A stretch of 64,000 nt of DNA, taken from the NCBI GenBank assembly GCA_964016885.1, contig OZ024743.1:44640001-44704000 (forward strand), in the 5' to 3' direction. Both the position numbers and the translations under genes were made by a program. Of the stretch, positions 50,145 to 64,000 are shown piece by piece. The stretch's first letter is position 1, and each line of letters opens with the position of its first letter. The notes below the pieces were generated by a model, which did not search any database, had not been told where the DNA came from, and saw only the letters and a list, made by a program, of their open reading frames with translations. This stretch comes from Eledone cirrhosa. Its lineage: Eukaryota.

Positions 50145-51380
50145 AAGATGATGCATGACATACCCTGACATAGTAGATGGTTAAGATCCAGTGAGGGTAG
50201 TGAGTAAGATATGACAAAACTCAATATGTATATACCTTAAGATTGAAACATGAAAATACTTACATATAATACATATAATACAGAAGGTGCGTGTGAGAAA
50301 GCTTAAAAATACATAACAGCAATTTACATAACTGTTAGAGATTCAAATAATTTAAATTATTGAAGAAAAAGGAAAGAAAAAAGAAAGACAGAGAGAAAAC
50401 AGATGAGGGGATAATATAGCTAGTAGAAGTATAGAGAGCAAAGAGAATTGATCAAGGAAAGAGAGACAAAGAGGAATAATGTTTATAGTGTAAAACATAG
50501 GGAGGGATGAATTATATATATCTATACAGAACTATACATTTAGGCATAGCTTTGCGAAAGAGTAAACTCGAATCTTTGAAATATTGAATTATCTAGAAGT
50601 ATTCATCATATTGATGAATACATATGTCCCCCTTGAGAACCTTTGATTTAGAGGAATACTTCTCCGATTTCAAATAAAATGTGCCTTCAATGAATATGAT
50701 CAGAAGAATATGCAGTTATTTAACAAGGTCGGTAATTGTGGTATTAATGTTAGAGATAGTATTAATCTTGAATTCAATTAAGTCTCTCACGCCGTATGTG
50801 CGACTGCTCGCGGTGAAGGTTGGGGTGTGTATAGATTTATTTATGCATGTTTCTATGTATACATGCATGTACGTATAGCTTTTAAATAAAGAATAGCTTT
50901 TCTTTCAGATGTTTTATATTTAAAACACGGGTGTGTTCCAGTGTGAGCTCTTCTCAATCACTACCTTTCTATTTCATCTTCTATTTCTCATTCTATCTTC
51001 TGAAGATGTACGAATGTCCGAAATATAAAAGAGAGTTAAATTGATAGATAGATAAGTATGAAATATTGTGAACCCAAGGCAGATGACTGTAATAAAAGGC
51101 AATCACTATAAGTAATAGGTGCGTAAATGGTTAAAGTATACCTAGAGCCGAAACGCGTGTATAAAGTGAGACGGGAACAAAATATAAGGTTAGGTTCAAA
51201 CATTGCGACGTTAGGTAGGTATAATTCTATATATATTGATTCTGTTGAATTACATACTTATCTGTAGTTTTCATTGGTGTATAACCATACATAAATAGAT
51301 TATTAAATATTAATTCCTTTTTGGTGAGAAATATATTTCTAAACGAAATTCTTGACTCTTTTTTGCTACCAAAACTAAGA

Positions 51381-51450
<70 letters not shown>

Positions 51451-51988
51451 CAGCCTTTCAGATATGGCGAACGATGAATGGTTCGTTAAATTTGAATGAG
51501 ATTCAAGAAATGTTATTTTCTATTTCACTCTCGAAAATCTTTTCGTAGAAAATATTTCAGTACATATTTAATACATTTTCACACTATATGTAAAGTATAT
51601 ACAATAAAAATGAAACCAAAATTCACATATACACATGTATATAAACGTATATTTTGTTGTCCATACAGACACATATAGTTATATATGCATATTTATATAG
51701 ATGCGTACAGAGACACACATATATGCATTATGCATATGTTGTGGGTACCCATACATACATATATTAGTTTATATTTACGTCTGTTTATATTTACGTAGAC
51801 AAGAAACTATATGAAAATATGTTTTATGCACACGTCTCTTGCATACTACCAATAAGGTAAATCCGAGGCGTGGTTATTGCTAGCTGAAAATATATGTGTC
51901 TGAGTATGCGTACTTGCACAAAGAAAATCACACGACGTACACATGTCTGTGTATTTGTGCAGAAACATACACAGACGTATATATATAA

Positions 51989-52051
<63 letters not shown>

Positions 52052-52087
52052 TGTGCGTGTGTATACATATACACTTGTATGCATATT

Positions 52088-52133
<46 letters not shown>

Positions 52134-52373
52134 GTTTGTTCTATATATGAATATATATATGTATATGTAGCTTTGTACATGTGTGTGTAATTATGTGCAT
52201 GTGTGCTTGTGCGAATAGGACTGAATAAGTGTGCATGTATATGCATGTGTATGAATGTGTATGTGTATATATATTATCCCATCGACCCTTGTGTTTATGT
52301 ATTAATCACGGTTTCTAGAAGAATTAATTTATGGAACATAAGCATAGACATGGCCATACACAAACACGCACAC

Positions 52374-52407
<34 letters not shown>

Positions 52408-52422
52408 GCAAGTGTGAGAAGG

Positions 52423-52466
52423 ATCGTCCTGATGAGGACCAGTTACCTCCGAAATGCATCGACGAT
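52423..52466 (+). ncRNA. Canonical minimal hammerhead motif (family J)
   Basis: ATCGTC-CTGATGA-GGA ccagttacc TCC-GAAA-TGCA-TC-GACGAT; lies in a ~135-bp insert between TA runs. Confidence 0.85.
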
Positions 52467-52555
52467 TGTCCCCTTGCTTCTGCTGGATACCATCAGAGGG
52501 CGTTAACCCGAAATTTCTATACATATCTGAGCTAGATCCTAATTATATATATATG

Positions 52556-52905
52556 CAGTGGCGGACTGGCCAGGTTGCCAGATTGCCCAATGGCAAGTGG
52601 GCACCAGGGTCCCACAGTAGTATTTCAAGAGACCACAGCAGCATTGCAGGACCTACTGTAGTATTTTAGGGACCAATGCTTTGCTTTTAAACAATACCTG
52701 AAATATACGAAAAAGAATACATTTTCTTTAAAATATAAAACAGTTAAGCAAAGCATTTTGTCAACCACTTTCCCAGGGAATTACTAAAAACCAAAATATA
52801 CGATAGTGCAAATAGCTGGAGTCAGTGGTTGTACATTCTACTGAAGCTTAGTGTATTTATTCATGCATGCAAACATACATATATAGAGACAGACACACAA
52901 GCATG

Positions 52906-52993
<88 letters not shown>

Positions 52994-53062
52994 TAGATAT
53001 ATATAGATATAGATATATATAGATATATATATATATAGATATATATATATATATAGATATAT

Positions 53063-53108
<46 letters not shown>

Positions 53109-53257
53109 ATATATAACGAAAGAAATGTGGTAAGGAACCAGTTGGACCATAACGCACCGAAGTACTCAATACTTAGGGTAGTAGAGTGGGTAATAGGAAC
53201 GAGTATGGAATTAGCCGTCGAAAAGGCTTGAGCTCAGCCGTCGGGGTCCTACTCGTT

Positions 53258-53300
<43 letters not shown>

Positions 53301-53999
53301 CCAATCATTGTAAGTTTGAATCTAACTGACATGCAAAAACATATATATAGGAGCAATTACATTAAGAAAGACATGCACGACACCACAACACTTTGTTTTG
53401 AAAATGTTGAAAGTATGTTTATAAGTATGAATTTTCATAAAACTTTCGAAGTTCTCTCTGCAGCTTAGCGGTAAGTACTAGAGACGGGGAAGAAGCCTTG
53501 GGTTCAATCCTGGTTAAGAGGTACTGGTAACCTTTTTCTGTTTTTATTTTGCAACCAATAGAAAAAACTTTTACCGGGAAACCTACTCCTAACCAGGACC
53601 GAACTTCAGACCAGGATCACCACCGCCTATGCTTCCTTCAAAAAGGTCACTGAGACAGCTACGAAAGCATTATGAAAATTGATAATTTTAAACCTACTTT
53701 CAAAATCAAAGTTAAAAAGATGTGGTGTCGTTCATGTCTTTCCTAGAGCTATTAGTAATATTTAGAGTCGATTTCTTGTCAATATTGAAAGTCTCTGGAT
53801 TTCGCAAAATACATAATATTTTTTATTGGAGAAGATAAAATTTTTTCTGAAAAAATTTGATTTCACTGTTTTGTTTCCACTTATGTATTTTTCGAAAATG
53901 TTATTTATTCATTATAAAAATTAAATGATATCATTCTATATGTAGGTGGGCCCCCTTCATCTCCTGGCAACCAATATTGTTAGACCCAGTCCGCCACTG
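52556..53999. mobile_element. hAT-like non-autonomous DNA transposon with nested insertions
   Basis: 14-bp TIRs CAGTGGCGGACTGG / CCAGTCCGCCACTG; 8-bp flanks TATATATG / TATATATA. A related right end lies at ~55066-55209. Confidence 0.75.
53114..53261. mobile_element. Fold-back mini-copy of the Naiad-like pLTR
   Basis: AACGAAAGAAATGTGG..GGAACGAGTA joined to an inverted arm ending GTTCCTA|TA. Confidence 0.8.
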
Positions 54000-54009
54000 T
54001 ATATATATT

Positions 54010-54045
<36 letters not shown>

Positions 54046-54046
<1 letters not shown>

Positions 54047-54577
54047 GTTATTCCGGGTTGAATCAGAGGTAACCACAGTAAGTAAGGTACTCAATACATA
54101 TCAGAATATAAAAGTTTAATATAGATGAGATTCTACAGGACTAGAATTGTTTCATTCTTTAGAAATCATGAGCAATCTATCACTCTAAGTAGAGATTTAA
54201 AGAATTAGCTTTTAAAGAATTTCCCTTTTTTTAAATCCATCAACCATGACCGACCCCCAACCATCTTATAGACACCTGCAATATAGGCATTGTTAGCTTA
54301 AGAGAAACTTAAAAATAAGGAGTGGCATCCCATTCTGAACTTGTTTATAGAATTCTTTCTGCCTTCGTCACTCTAAATATAAATTATAGCCTTAAAGAAT
54401 TAGCTTTTAATGAATACCCTTTTCTTTCAACCAATGACCTCCACCCATCCCACTCCCCACCTTCTCCTACCACCTGAAAAGATATAAATACCACAACATT
54501 TATTTTTGGAAAGCCAGATTCCTGATGATTTCTAAAGAATGAAACAGTTCTAGTCCTGTAGAATCTCATCTATATTA
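54046..54577. mobile_element. Fold-back mini-element (family K) with hammerhead-like core at 54517-54565 (+)
   Basis: 54118-54178 is inverted at 54517-54577; CTGATGA-TTTC taaa GAAT-GAAA-C..G-TC, but stem I is imperfect. Confidence 0.65.
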
Positions 54578-54812
54578 ATATATATATATAATATATATAT
54601 AAGAAGTTGACGGACCCAGCATATTTATCAATGCCAGGACCGGTTGTATCTCAGCGTACTCCATGGGCAATGTAAGATACATTCCCAGAGTATACACATA
54701 GTTATTCGCTTCAATACAACACATGTAAAACGGGTGCCTATAATAGTTCTCGGACTCGAGATTAGGCCGCACTAATGCAGCAGTAAGGTGCACTGCACCA
54801 TCCGTCTGCATA

Positions 54813-54891
<79 letters not shown>

Positions 54892-55206
54892 TGTCATTAC
54901 TATAACAGAAGTCCGATGATCTTTTGATTCCAGTGTCGAGCCAGATCGATAAAGATCGAGCTTGTTTTCTGAATTAACATTTAGTATTACTGTATACTGC
55001 CAGTAATATGTACAGTATATATACGGTCTAATTAGTTTAAAAAATACCTATTTGTTCCGCAAAAATGTGATTGCACTGCTTTGTTTTCACTTACGTATTT
55101 TAAAAAAATGTTATTTATTCATTATAAAAATTAAATGATAGTATTCTATATATGGGTTGGCTCTCTTTATCTCCTGCCAATCAATATTTTGAGACCCAGT
55201 TCACCA

Positions 55207-55279
<73 letters not shown>

Positions 55280-55281
<2 letters not shown>

Positions 55282-55451
55282 GGAACGAGTAGGACCCCGA
55301 CGGCTGAGCTCAAGCCGTTTCGACGGCTTATTCTCGTCGAAACGGCTTGAGCTCAGCCGTCGGGGTCCTACTCGTTCCTATTACCCACTCTACTACCCTC
55401 AGTATTGAGTACTTTGGTGCGTTATGGTCCACCTGCTTCCTTACCACATTT

Positions 55452-55454
<3 letters not shown>
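55280..55454. mobile_element. Fold-back mini-copy of the Naiad-like pLTR (opposite orientation)
   Basis: Short arm starts TAGGAACGAGT at 55280; long arm ends CCACATTTCC|ATA. Confidence 0.8.
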
Positions 55455-55507
<53 letters not shown>

Positions 55508-57074
55508 AAGGCTTCTATGAACGAAAGAGCAAAGATGGAATATCAGAAAGTTACAAAATTTACTGTAATCTGTGAAATACAAAGAGTGCCAACAGATCGA
55601 TACTTTTCAGCAATGACGTCATATGCTAATTCAAAATATTTCCATGATAATTTATTGTTAATTTTGTTATTTTTCTCGCAGTAATCACTTTTTGAAAGAT
55701 GAAAGTGAAGAAAAAAAGCGTAACAAAAACAAGTAAATATACTTTTCACTTTATTTTTATTTTGTCGACCCAAGCAAACAGCACTTTCATGGCGTTTCTT
55801 TCAAAGCTCAGTACAAAGCTATTGATTATATTAATAAACACACATATATTGATTTTTTATTATTTTAACTGAATGTTACATTTCGTCGACATATAAGCGA
55901 GTTTTATGCAGATAAAATTGACCAATTAAGCTCTAACCAAAAGGATAATTTTTAAAGACAAACTAAATAAAACAATTTAAGATTTTTATCAAGGAGAGAA
56001 ATAAACAGGAATAGATGAAACAAAAATTAATATTGAAAAGATTAATGTTTTGAATCGAGGCCAAGATACTGCCGGATATGTTTTTGGAACTGATAGAGAA
56101 AAAAGTCAATAACAGCAATTTGTTATAGCACAAAACAAACAGTATTTGAGAAAGAAAGGCGGTGGGTGAAATCAGGATATACAGAAAGTGAGGTAATTTA
56201 TAGGTTGTTGGGGGTATTAAAGAATTTGTGTTATTAATTGTACAGATACAGTTTTTTCAAAGAATATTTGAAATATCATAAATATTCAATATGAGAAAAT
56301 ATTAATGGAATTTAGCAACGCACACAAAATATTGTCTAAATTCACAAGAAAAAATATATTTTAAAATAACAGAAATACATTTCTTTCAAGTGATTTCTAG
56401 TTTGCTTCCGTAAACATTATTTTTCTATCAATAGAATTGCAGAAATTTTAAGTTAGTTGAGTCTGCTACTGTACTTTAAGTCATTCGAGGAAGTTAGAAA
56501 ATTAGATAATTAAATTAATTAAATTAATTTTAAGGTTGCCTATACCGATAATATGATTTCAATCAATTTGAAGATAAGGGTGGGAAATAAAATGATTTTA
56601 TTTTGCAGTTTATTTTAAATATTTCTTGTGTAATTAAAAATTTAGAAGTTAAAACAGTATTTGTATTCCTCATGATTAGCGGATTATAACAGTTAATAGT
56701 GTAAAGTAACTACATGATGGCAGACCATATTTGAGTAATAGAATTTAAATATCTCATTGCTAGTGTTCTTTCATGGATCACGGATCAGTGATATATATTC
56801 TAATAGGCACACTATCGTGAACTTTTGGAACCTTTTAAACCTGGAGTCGTGCGCAGCCCTCCAGGTTTGACTGTAGTCCATTTCTTCCAGAGAAAGGAAG
56901 AACGTGAGAGAAGAAAAATGATATCCAGTATGACAATGGTACTATCGTTTACCGACCCCAAAAGGTTGAACGACACAGTTAGCGTCGGCGAGATTTAAAC
57001 TCACAGCACAGTAAGTCAGAATGAATGCCACAAAATATTCTATCCGATAGACGCCGAAATAACTACCTATTTGC

Positions 57075-57240
57075 TTTCTTTTATTAATCCGTATGGTGAA
57101 CAAATAGGGTCCCATGTGCTGGCCTCCCACAGCCCCGGCGGAGAGGATGGAGAAGGCGTTTCCCCGGAGGATGGTGAGGGAGATGCACTACAAGAGCCAT
57201 TCCAGCTCGCGAGGCTCACACCTGCGGCTCACTAGCTCAT
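57075..57240 (-). mobile_element. 3' fragment of a CRE-like LINE
   Basis: Minus frame EPRELEWLL*CISLTILRGNAFSIL resembles the (Q)RGNA RLE end motif of CRE elements. Confidence 0.5.
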
Positions 57241-57334
57241 TCTTTTTTATTTTTTTCTAATAGAAATTTGTTATTCTAAATTCAATATTTGTAAATTTAT
57301 TTATGATAGAAACTGTATAAACATGATATTATTT

Positions 57335-57758
57335 GGTGGATTGGCAGTATCAGTATAGAGTCGGACACCATGCTTTGCAGCTTAAAGTTACGGTCTTTTA
57401 CGGTCTGAGTTCAAATCCGCCGAGGTTAACTTTGCCTTTCATCTTTACGGGGTCGATAAAATAAAGCACCAGTAACGTACTGGGGTCGATTTAATCGACC
57501 CCTCCTCTCCCCAAGAAAAAAAATACTGGCTTTGTGCCTATACTAGAAATCATTATTTGCAATATTAATAACTGTTTCTACTTTTGGCACAAGGCCAGCA
57601 ATTATCCAAGTGTATTACTGCTACTTTATTTATCGACCCGTAAGAATGAAAGGCAAATTTAACCTCAGCGGGATTTGAACTCAGTATGAAAATGGCTGTA
57701 ACTCTATGCGTCAAAGCATAGCGTCCGACCCTCTTCCGATACTGCCAATCCACCGCCC
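57335..57758. mobile_element. Two SINE copies tail-to-tail (57335-57557 +, 57570-57758 -)
   Basis: Family consensus on opposite strands. Confidence 0.85.
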
Positions 57759-59664
57759 TCATTATTATTATTTGCAATAATGATAATAACAACAATAATA
57801 GCAACAATAATAACTACAATAATGACAACTATAAGGACGGCAATAATATAAAGGGGGGAACGAAAGGAAAGAATAAGCGCTCGGTCGATTGAAGTCACTA
57901 ACGCTTCAGCCATGTGAGTGCTGATAATTTCTTATTAGTAGTGGCAGTAGTAGTAGTGTTATTGTGTGGTGATTGCTGATATGATGATTGTTTATACTAG
58001 TTGTTGTTGTTATTGTCAATGTTGCTGTAGGTACCTTCCTCTTGTTAATGGCAGTGATAGTTGATACTGCTCCCTATTTCGGCTGTCAAGCTGGCTGCTG
58101 AATCAACTTCTATGAGTGAAGCTCCAATGCCTTCTTTGACCGAAGATGCGGGATCATTGGTTTTGCCATTTTGAAATTTGGTGGGCGAGTGAATAGGCCT
58201 TAAGGCTCGTTCCAGAGTGGTTTGTTAGAGGAGAAAATCTCCAATGGGCAGCACGTTCTGTTGAGTATGTGTTGCTATTAAACTTTCTTTTTAAGAATGT
58301 TCAAAAAAGTATCAAAATCTTGGAGAAACTCACCGGCGGAGTAAACATTAATCTACCATATGCGTCTCTATATTGTGATGTATTCGATGGTAATTTGGTA
58401 TAGTTTCTAACTTTGGTTATTTCTTTTCAATTCCACATATCTTTCCATTTATTTAGACGATTATCTGTAATGTTGTTTTTTTTATTAGATATAGATTACG
58501 GTGAACCTTTTGTTGTACTTGCAAACACTTAAATATAAATCATGTAGTTACATATAATGTTTTCCGGGTTAGGTGAATATGTGTTAGTACAGAACGTGTA
58601 GATTTAGTAAAAGATTTGTAGTTACAGAAAATAACAATAATAACCTTTTTTTTTTATTACATACAGATTTGAGGGTAAAACGTGGTGTGTTGTTGATATA
58701 GAAAGATAGATTCTTTTAGGATTTTGCTGTGTGACTTGTTGGTGACTTTGGGGCCAGCCAAGCTGTGTAGTAATCTATTGACTTTAAGGAGAGGCTAAAA
58801 AACACGTCCGTTTATGGCTGAGCTATAAATTCTATATATTCTTGTAAAGAGAACAAAAACAAAACCAATTATTTGAAATGGCGAAGCAGCCTATAGAATA
58901 TTCCTTTTTGTTGGTCGAAGTTTCTTGTTGTTGCCTGTTGCATAATTTGTCAAAAGAATTCCATGCTGGATAAATATGTAGCAGTTGCCAGAAAATGACT
59001 CAAGTTAAAGAGAGAAAATGGTCACATTGGAAGTATGTACTCTCTTTTTACAATTGTTGTTATTGTTGTTGCTGCTCTTGTCACTGTTACTGCTGTTGTT
59101 GATTAACACCTCTCAACTCGGATCGAATAGTCCTTGAAAATGTCGTTTGTTTTTGTTTGATTTTTACACAATTGTGAAACGCATTATTAAAAACAGTAGG
59201 AGGCGATTTCAAGGAGTGTTAAAAGAGTATTTGGCAACAATGCAACTGACAATATGTCACGAAAATAATGATGACGTAGGCATGTTTATTGGCAAAGTAA
59301 ATGTACTAGCTGACGTAGAAATATCTGTTGACACCGTTATACAATTCGACAAAAAGCAAACTACCAAATTATGTAGCTAATTTCGAGTTTATGATCTGCT
59401 GGGAATATAACATTAGGTATTTGCCATAAATTCTAATGTTCCCTTTAATGTTCAAACCGGCCAAAACCGGCTAGAATTCTCTACCCCTTTCTGTTGAAAC
59501 TGTCTGTAACAGGTCACTCAAACTGATGTTAAGGTATTGTTCTCAAAATAAATACTTTTAAAATCTCTTAGATTCAATATTATGTGAGATAATTATGCGA
59601 GGTAAAGTCTTTACATTGAAAATATAATAGTATATATAGAGTAATGTAAATGCTAAAGAGTTAA

Positions 59665-59885
59665 GGTGGCGAATTAGCAGAGACGTTACAGCATCAGATT
59701 AAATGCCTCAGTATTTACTCCGGTTCTCTGCGTTCTGAATTCAAATCCCGTTGAGGTCAATTGTGCTTTTCATCATTTTGGGGTTGATAAATATACCAGT
59801 GGTGGCGGATTGGCAGGATTGATAAAGAGTCGGACGCAAAGCTTTACAGTATCTAATCCACATCTGTGCGTTCTGAGTTCAAATA
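59665..59885 (+). mobile_element. Two older, diverged SINE copies
   Basis: tRNA-like heads with TTCAAAT B boxes; the first has a decayed core. Confidence 0.65.
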
Positions 59886-61046
59886 TCTTCTCCTAATTGT
59901 TGGCTTTACGACTAGCATATAATGCAAGCAATTGAAACATAATTACTTTCTTACGTTTGTCTTTTAAATTTTATAACTAAACTTTGAAATGATAAGTTAG
60001 TTTGTTTTTATGAAATACAACCTCACTCCTACACAGAGTCACGCTATATCCAACTAAAAATATTTAAGCCACACATACAGTTCATGCATGATTGCCTATT
60101 TGCATTGAAGCTAACTTTCTACATTCAGAAAAATACAATTGAAGATGTTTACATTAATATTATTCTGATTTCTAAGGATTAATATATGCTTTCGGTAAAA
60201 TTGTTAATGTGATTCTCGTTCCTCAGCACATATGGGAAACAAATTTAGAATGAAAATGAATATGATGGAATTATGCCTAAGCAAAATTCTTGTAAACCAA
60301 GTTTTTTTCCTCTGAAGGGCTGAAGAATTCATTTAAATATCATTACAATATAATTGGAAGAAATTAATTCTTGGAAAATGCCATTCCAATTTAAATTATA
60401 CCTAAAGAAATTTGTGTAAATAGAAACAATTTACATAAAACAACATTAGTTTTCTCAGGAATGGTTTTCTGTTTGAGAAACGTGGATATATTCAGTAACT
60501 TTTTCTTGATTATTGTAGTATGGCATACATATTTATACGCACGTATCGTGAGTATTTATCGGAAGGAATTTAATTGAATATAAAAGTTATAGATAAATTA
60601 ATCTTGACGTCATTTATAATCTTTTAAACTTTTACATGCATTCTTAGCAACTAACCAAAAGGGATACATATAAACAGATCTCAGTCACAGAGCTCGAACG
60701 ACGCAATAAAACCAGACAATCAAAACGAAATCCCTCACTTGAAAATTCTTTTTTATGCAATACCAGCCTAACTCGACATGGAACCCTCAACGAAATCATC
60801 GAACCAACATACATTCATCTAGTCATCATGAGCTATACTATATGAACAATCACTCAGTCTAGAAGAGCAACCAAATTGCTTTCACATTCTACGGCCCTTA
60901 AATTAGTCAATGGCGTTGGATAAGAAAATGTGAGTTTAACTATGTTTGGAAATACAAGCTGTTAATTGCTTAAATGTTTTAGATCATAACTGTCCCATTG
61001 CAAATCAACATTGACATCTGGCAGATCAGGTTTGAATTGAGGCTAG

Positions 61047-61530
61047 ATCTAATCTAATCTAATCTAATCAAGAACTCAAATAAGAAGAACCAGGGCCGCC
61101 CCTAGGAGCATTGGATTTGGTTACTTCATACGTGTTTCGGTTTCTGAATACAATCAAGGATCACTACTTTTCCTGAAGGTCAATAGTTCTCTTCTAACTC
61201 GAGCGGGAGCGCCTTTCCATTGTCAATTTGCATTGATCATCTGCAAAGCCGCAGTGTTCTCAGAACCACTACATCAGTCTTTCGATGTGCGCAGCTGGAA
61301 GTACTGCCAACCATTGATTTGGCAGGATTTTTTTTTTAGATGGCCATTGACTCTTATGAGTTCTTCCGCCCTTTGTCAGGCTTTGTTTTTTGTCCTGCAG
61401 GGTGTCCAAAATCACCCTCCTCACCAAGTAAACTTGGCGGGGTTGCCAGTTTAGTCGCCGACGACCCGACCATGCGACATGTTGCACTGGATTACATGTT
61501 ACCAGTAGGACTCGAGAGTGACCTAGGGCT
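61047..61530 (-). mobile_element. Probable non-autonomous RTE-related element
   Basis: Leader homologous to 45372; 3' end in a (GATTA)n tail at 61047-61068. Confidence 0.55.
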
Positions 61531-62982
61531 AAACAACAGCAATAACATTGAAATGGCATCCTTATGACGCTACGGTTGTAATATTCATTAAACAAACAGA
61601 AATCATGAAATAAGTGTAAATAAATTGTAAGCCCACAGAGAAATAGTATTGATAAGATCACAGGCTGTGACGAGGGGACATTGAAAAATCAATTAATTAT
61701 TTGATTAATCCACATAATAAATATAACTGAAATAAAACGTAACCCGTTCGTGTGCTTTGATTGTCGAATCACCACCCAAAAGACCAACAATATCTTGGTT
61801 GAAATGTTTTTCAAACAAGAACAAATCTAATTGCATTTTGTTATTAATGTATAACTTCTATAATATTGATCGGGGTTAACTTATGTATGTAATTCGAACC
61901 AGAATGGTGCAACTTATGTATATCTTACTATATTACAGATTATTGAGAAAATCATTCAAGTCTTGCTAAGTTGTTACTATTTGAGTTCTAAATGAAATGT
62001 GCTGATCAGCGATATGTCAAATAGTTCATGTGACAAATAAAACATATGGGAAATATTGCGAACATTTGTGGTGTAATAGCTTCTACGGTTATCCGACCGG
62101 CAATAAATATATTTATTTCTGGCAGGGTATTATAATCATATTACTGACAATATCTGATTCTGAATGTATATGACTTAATATTATTTATAATAAAATATTA
62201 CTTCTTATTATATATTCATAGGCGTACGAACATCTGTGCCATTAAAGAGATCCTTCCGCCACCACGTGTTTTCGAGTTCGGCCCCACCGAATGTCATTTC
62301 AGTAAGGTTTTTCTACTATATATGCCATGAAATTTGATGCCGGAAAACTTGCAAAGCGCGTGGCATGGTTGTTAGAGTATTGGACATACGATCATAATGA
62401 CGTGGGTTCGATTCCTGGAACACTTGATTTCACGTTGCTTCAGTGCCAACAATAGTTGAGAGTAAAGGCTGAAATAGACTGCCATCCTGGCCAGAGGGAA
62501 TCATAGTCGTTTAACCTGAGGAAACCGAGAAGCACCACTTACGTGGACTTCTCGAAATACGTTGGATTTTCTACTTGGATTTTCACCCCGAAACTCGATA
62601 CCAACCCGGGGTCCTCCTGAAATTCCACCAGGAAATCTTTTGTATCATTGAAATTTTATTTGCTTCTTGCATTTAAATATTCCACGACTCTCTACCACTT
62701 TTCCTCTACTACAATCTTCTTACACCACCTTTTTCTCACCCGTCTATTTTTCACTCCCACCCTAGTACCTTCAATTCCAATTCCAACTCGCCCGTCCCCT
62801 CAATCTATCTTATTTCTCATTCTTTCTTCTGATGAAGGACTAGCGAACGAAACGTTTAGACCCTTTTCCTGCTATATCAAGCGTTAACCTAATAAATGCC
62901 TTCCATATACTGTACCGATTGTGTTGTTATTTCTGTTTACCTTTTACATACATATTTATATATAATTATATATATATATATA

Positions 62983-63014
<32 letters not shown>

Positions 63015-63154
63015 TTTGTGTGAGTGTGTGTTACTGTTTTTACATTTAGAGAAATATATATTGATCAAATGAATAGTAGTCTGTAAGATATAAGTACTGG
63101 ACTCGATGTGATCGACTCCATTCATTCCAGATGGTGACGAACATATTGGTTCTT

Positions 63155-63412
63155 TTGGTAGTATCGGCAAAGCATCAGACAATATGCTTTGTGGCATAGC
63201 TATACGGCTCTCTACGTTCGCGTCAGACAATATGCTTTGCGGCATAGCGTTACGGCCCTTTACGTTCTCAGTTCAAATCCTGCCGAGGTTAGTTTTGCTT
63301 TTCATCCTTACGGGCTCGAAAAAATAAAGTACCAGTAATGCACTAGGGTTGATTTCATTGACTTATCCTCCTCCCCAAAATTGCTGGTCTTGTGCCTAAA
63401 GTAGAAACAATT
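63155..63412 (+). mobile_element. tRNA-derived SINE with internally duplicated head segment
   Basis: TCAGACAATATGCTTTG.GGCATAGC occurs twice (~63175, ~63223), then B box, core and tail. Confidence 0.8.
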
Positions 63413-64000
63413 ATCTATTGTTGTCATGCATTTTCATTTTCTGTTGACATATGTTTTACTTTTTTATATCATATTTCTTCTATTTTGATGTATGTAAGTC
63501 AAACGGAAAGACACACGTAAGTATGTTTATAATATGCATTTGTTGTTAATAGATTTGTAGATTCTAAAGATTTTTACGGTTCAATTAAAACGAATTTAAT
63601 GTAAATATAAACATTTATAGATAAATGCCATCTATCTGAAATGGTGGCAAGAAAGTTTATATTAAAGAAAATGGAAAATGTAAAACACAGAATAAAGTAA
63701 AGAATAGAAAATGACTACTTCAAATGAATGAACCTATATTGACGTTGTTCAAATGGTGTTCAAATATTTCCGGAAGGGAAGTATCTTCTGATTCCATTTA
63801 TTATGTGGAAAATTATAAAGACATTATATCTAATATATATTTACATCAATAGATTATTTTAAGACAAATTAGTCGTAAGAAACACTAATTTTTTAAACAT
63901 GAAATTATAAGTTAAGCTCTAGATTTCAATCACATACCAATCCTCTTGATTTAAAAAAAAATGCCAAAAAAAAACAAAGACAAAACAAAGATTAAGGTTA

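Noticed and set aside
51080-51160. CAGATGA..GCCGAAACGCGT; also isolated CTGATGA at ~7978 and ~15500
   Set aside because: Could not build stems I and II; at most heavily decayed motifs.
54575-54811. 78-aa ORF containing ALVRPNLE (CR1-like motif)
   Set aside because: Only a short motif match with no surrounding RT similarity.

Overview
AT-rich eukaryotic DNA with no host protein-coding exon I can support; the microsatellite load and SINE family suggest a cephalopod such as Octopus (inference). It is a dense retroelement landscape. It holds a near-intact Penelope-like element (Naiad-like RT + GIY-YIG, 18599-23497), a truncated Neptune-like Penelope (12280-14320), two tandem Tx1-clade LINEs in (GATA)n (one with an intact 1145-aa ORF2), and a Dong/R4-like LINE plus a deleted tandem copy in (TAA)n. 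There are also a non-autonomous Helitron, mariner, hAT, RTE and CRE remnants, and about 13 tRNA-derived SINE copies. The most notable signal is about 20 hand-identified type I hammerhead ribozyme motifs from roughly 10 sequence families. Most sit in asymmetric fold-back (5'-to-5') mini-elements inserted in (TA)n. Two unrelated families carry the compensatory U3:A8 core (UUGAUAA), and several carry 40-105 nt structured stem II insertions. All folds and boundaries were read by eye; no ribozyme activity is demonstrated.
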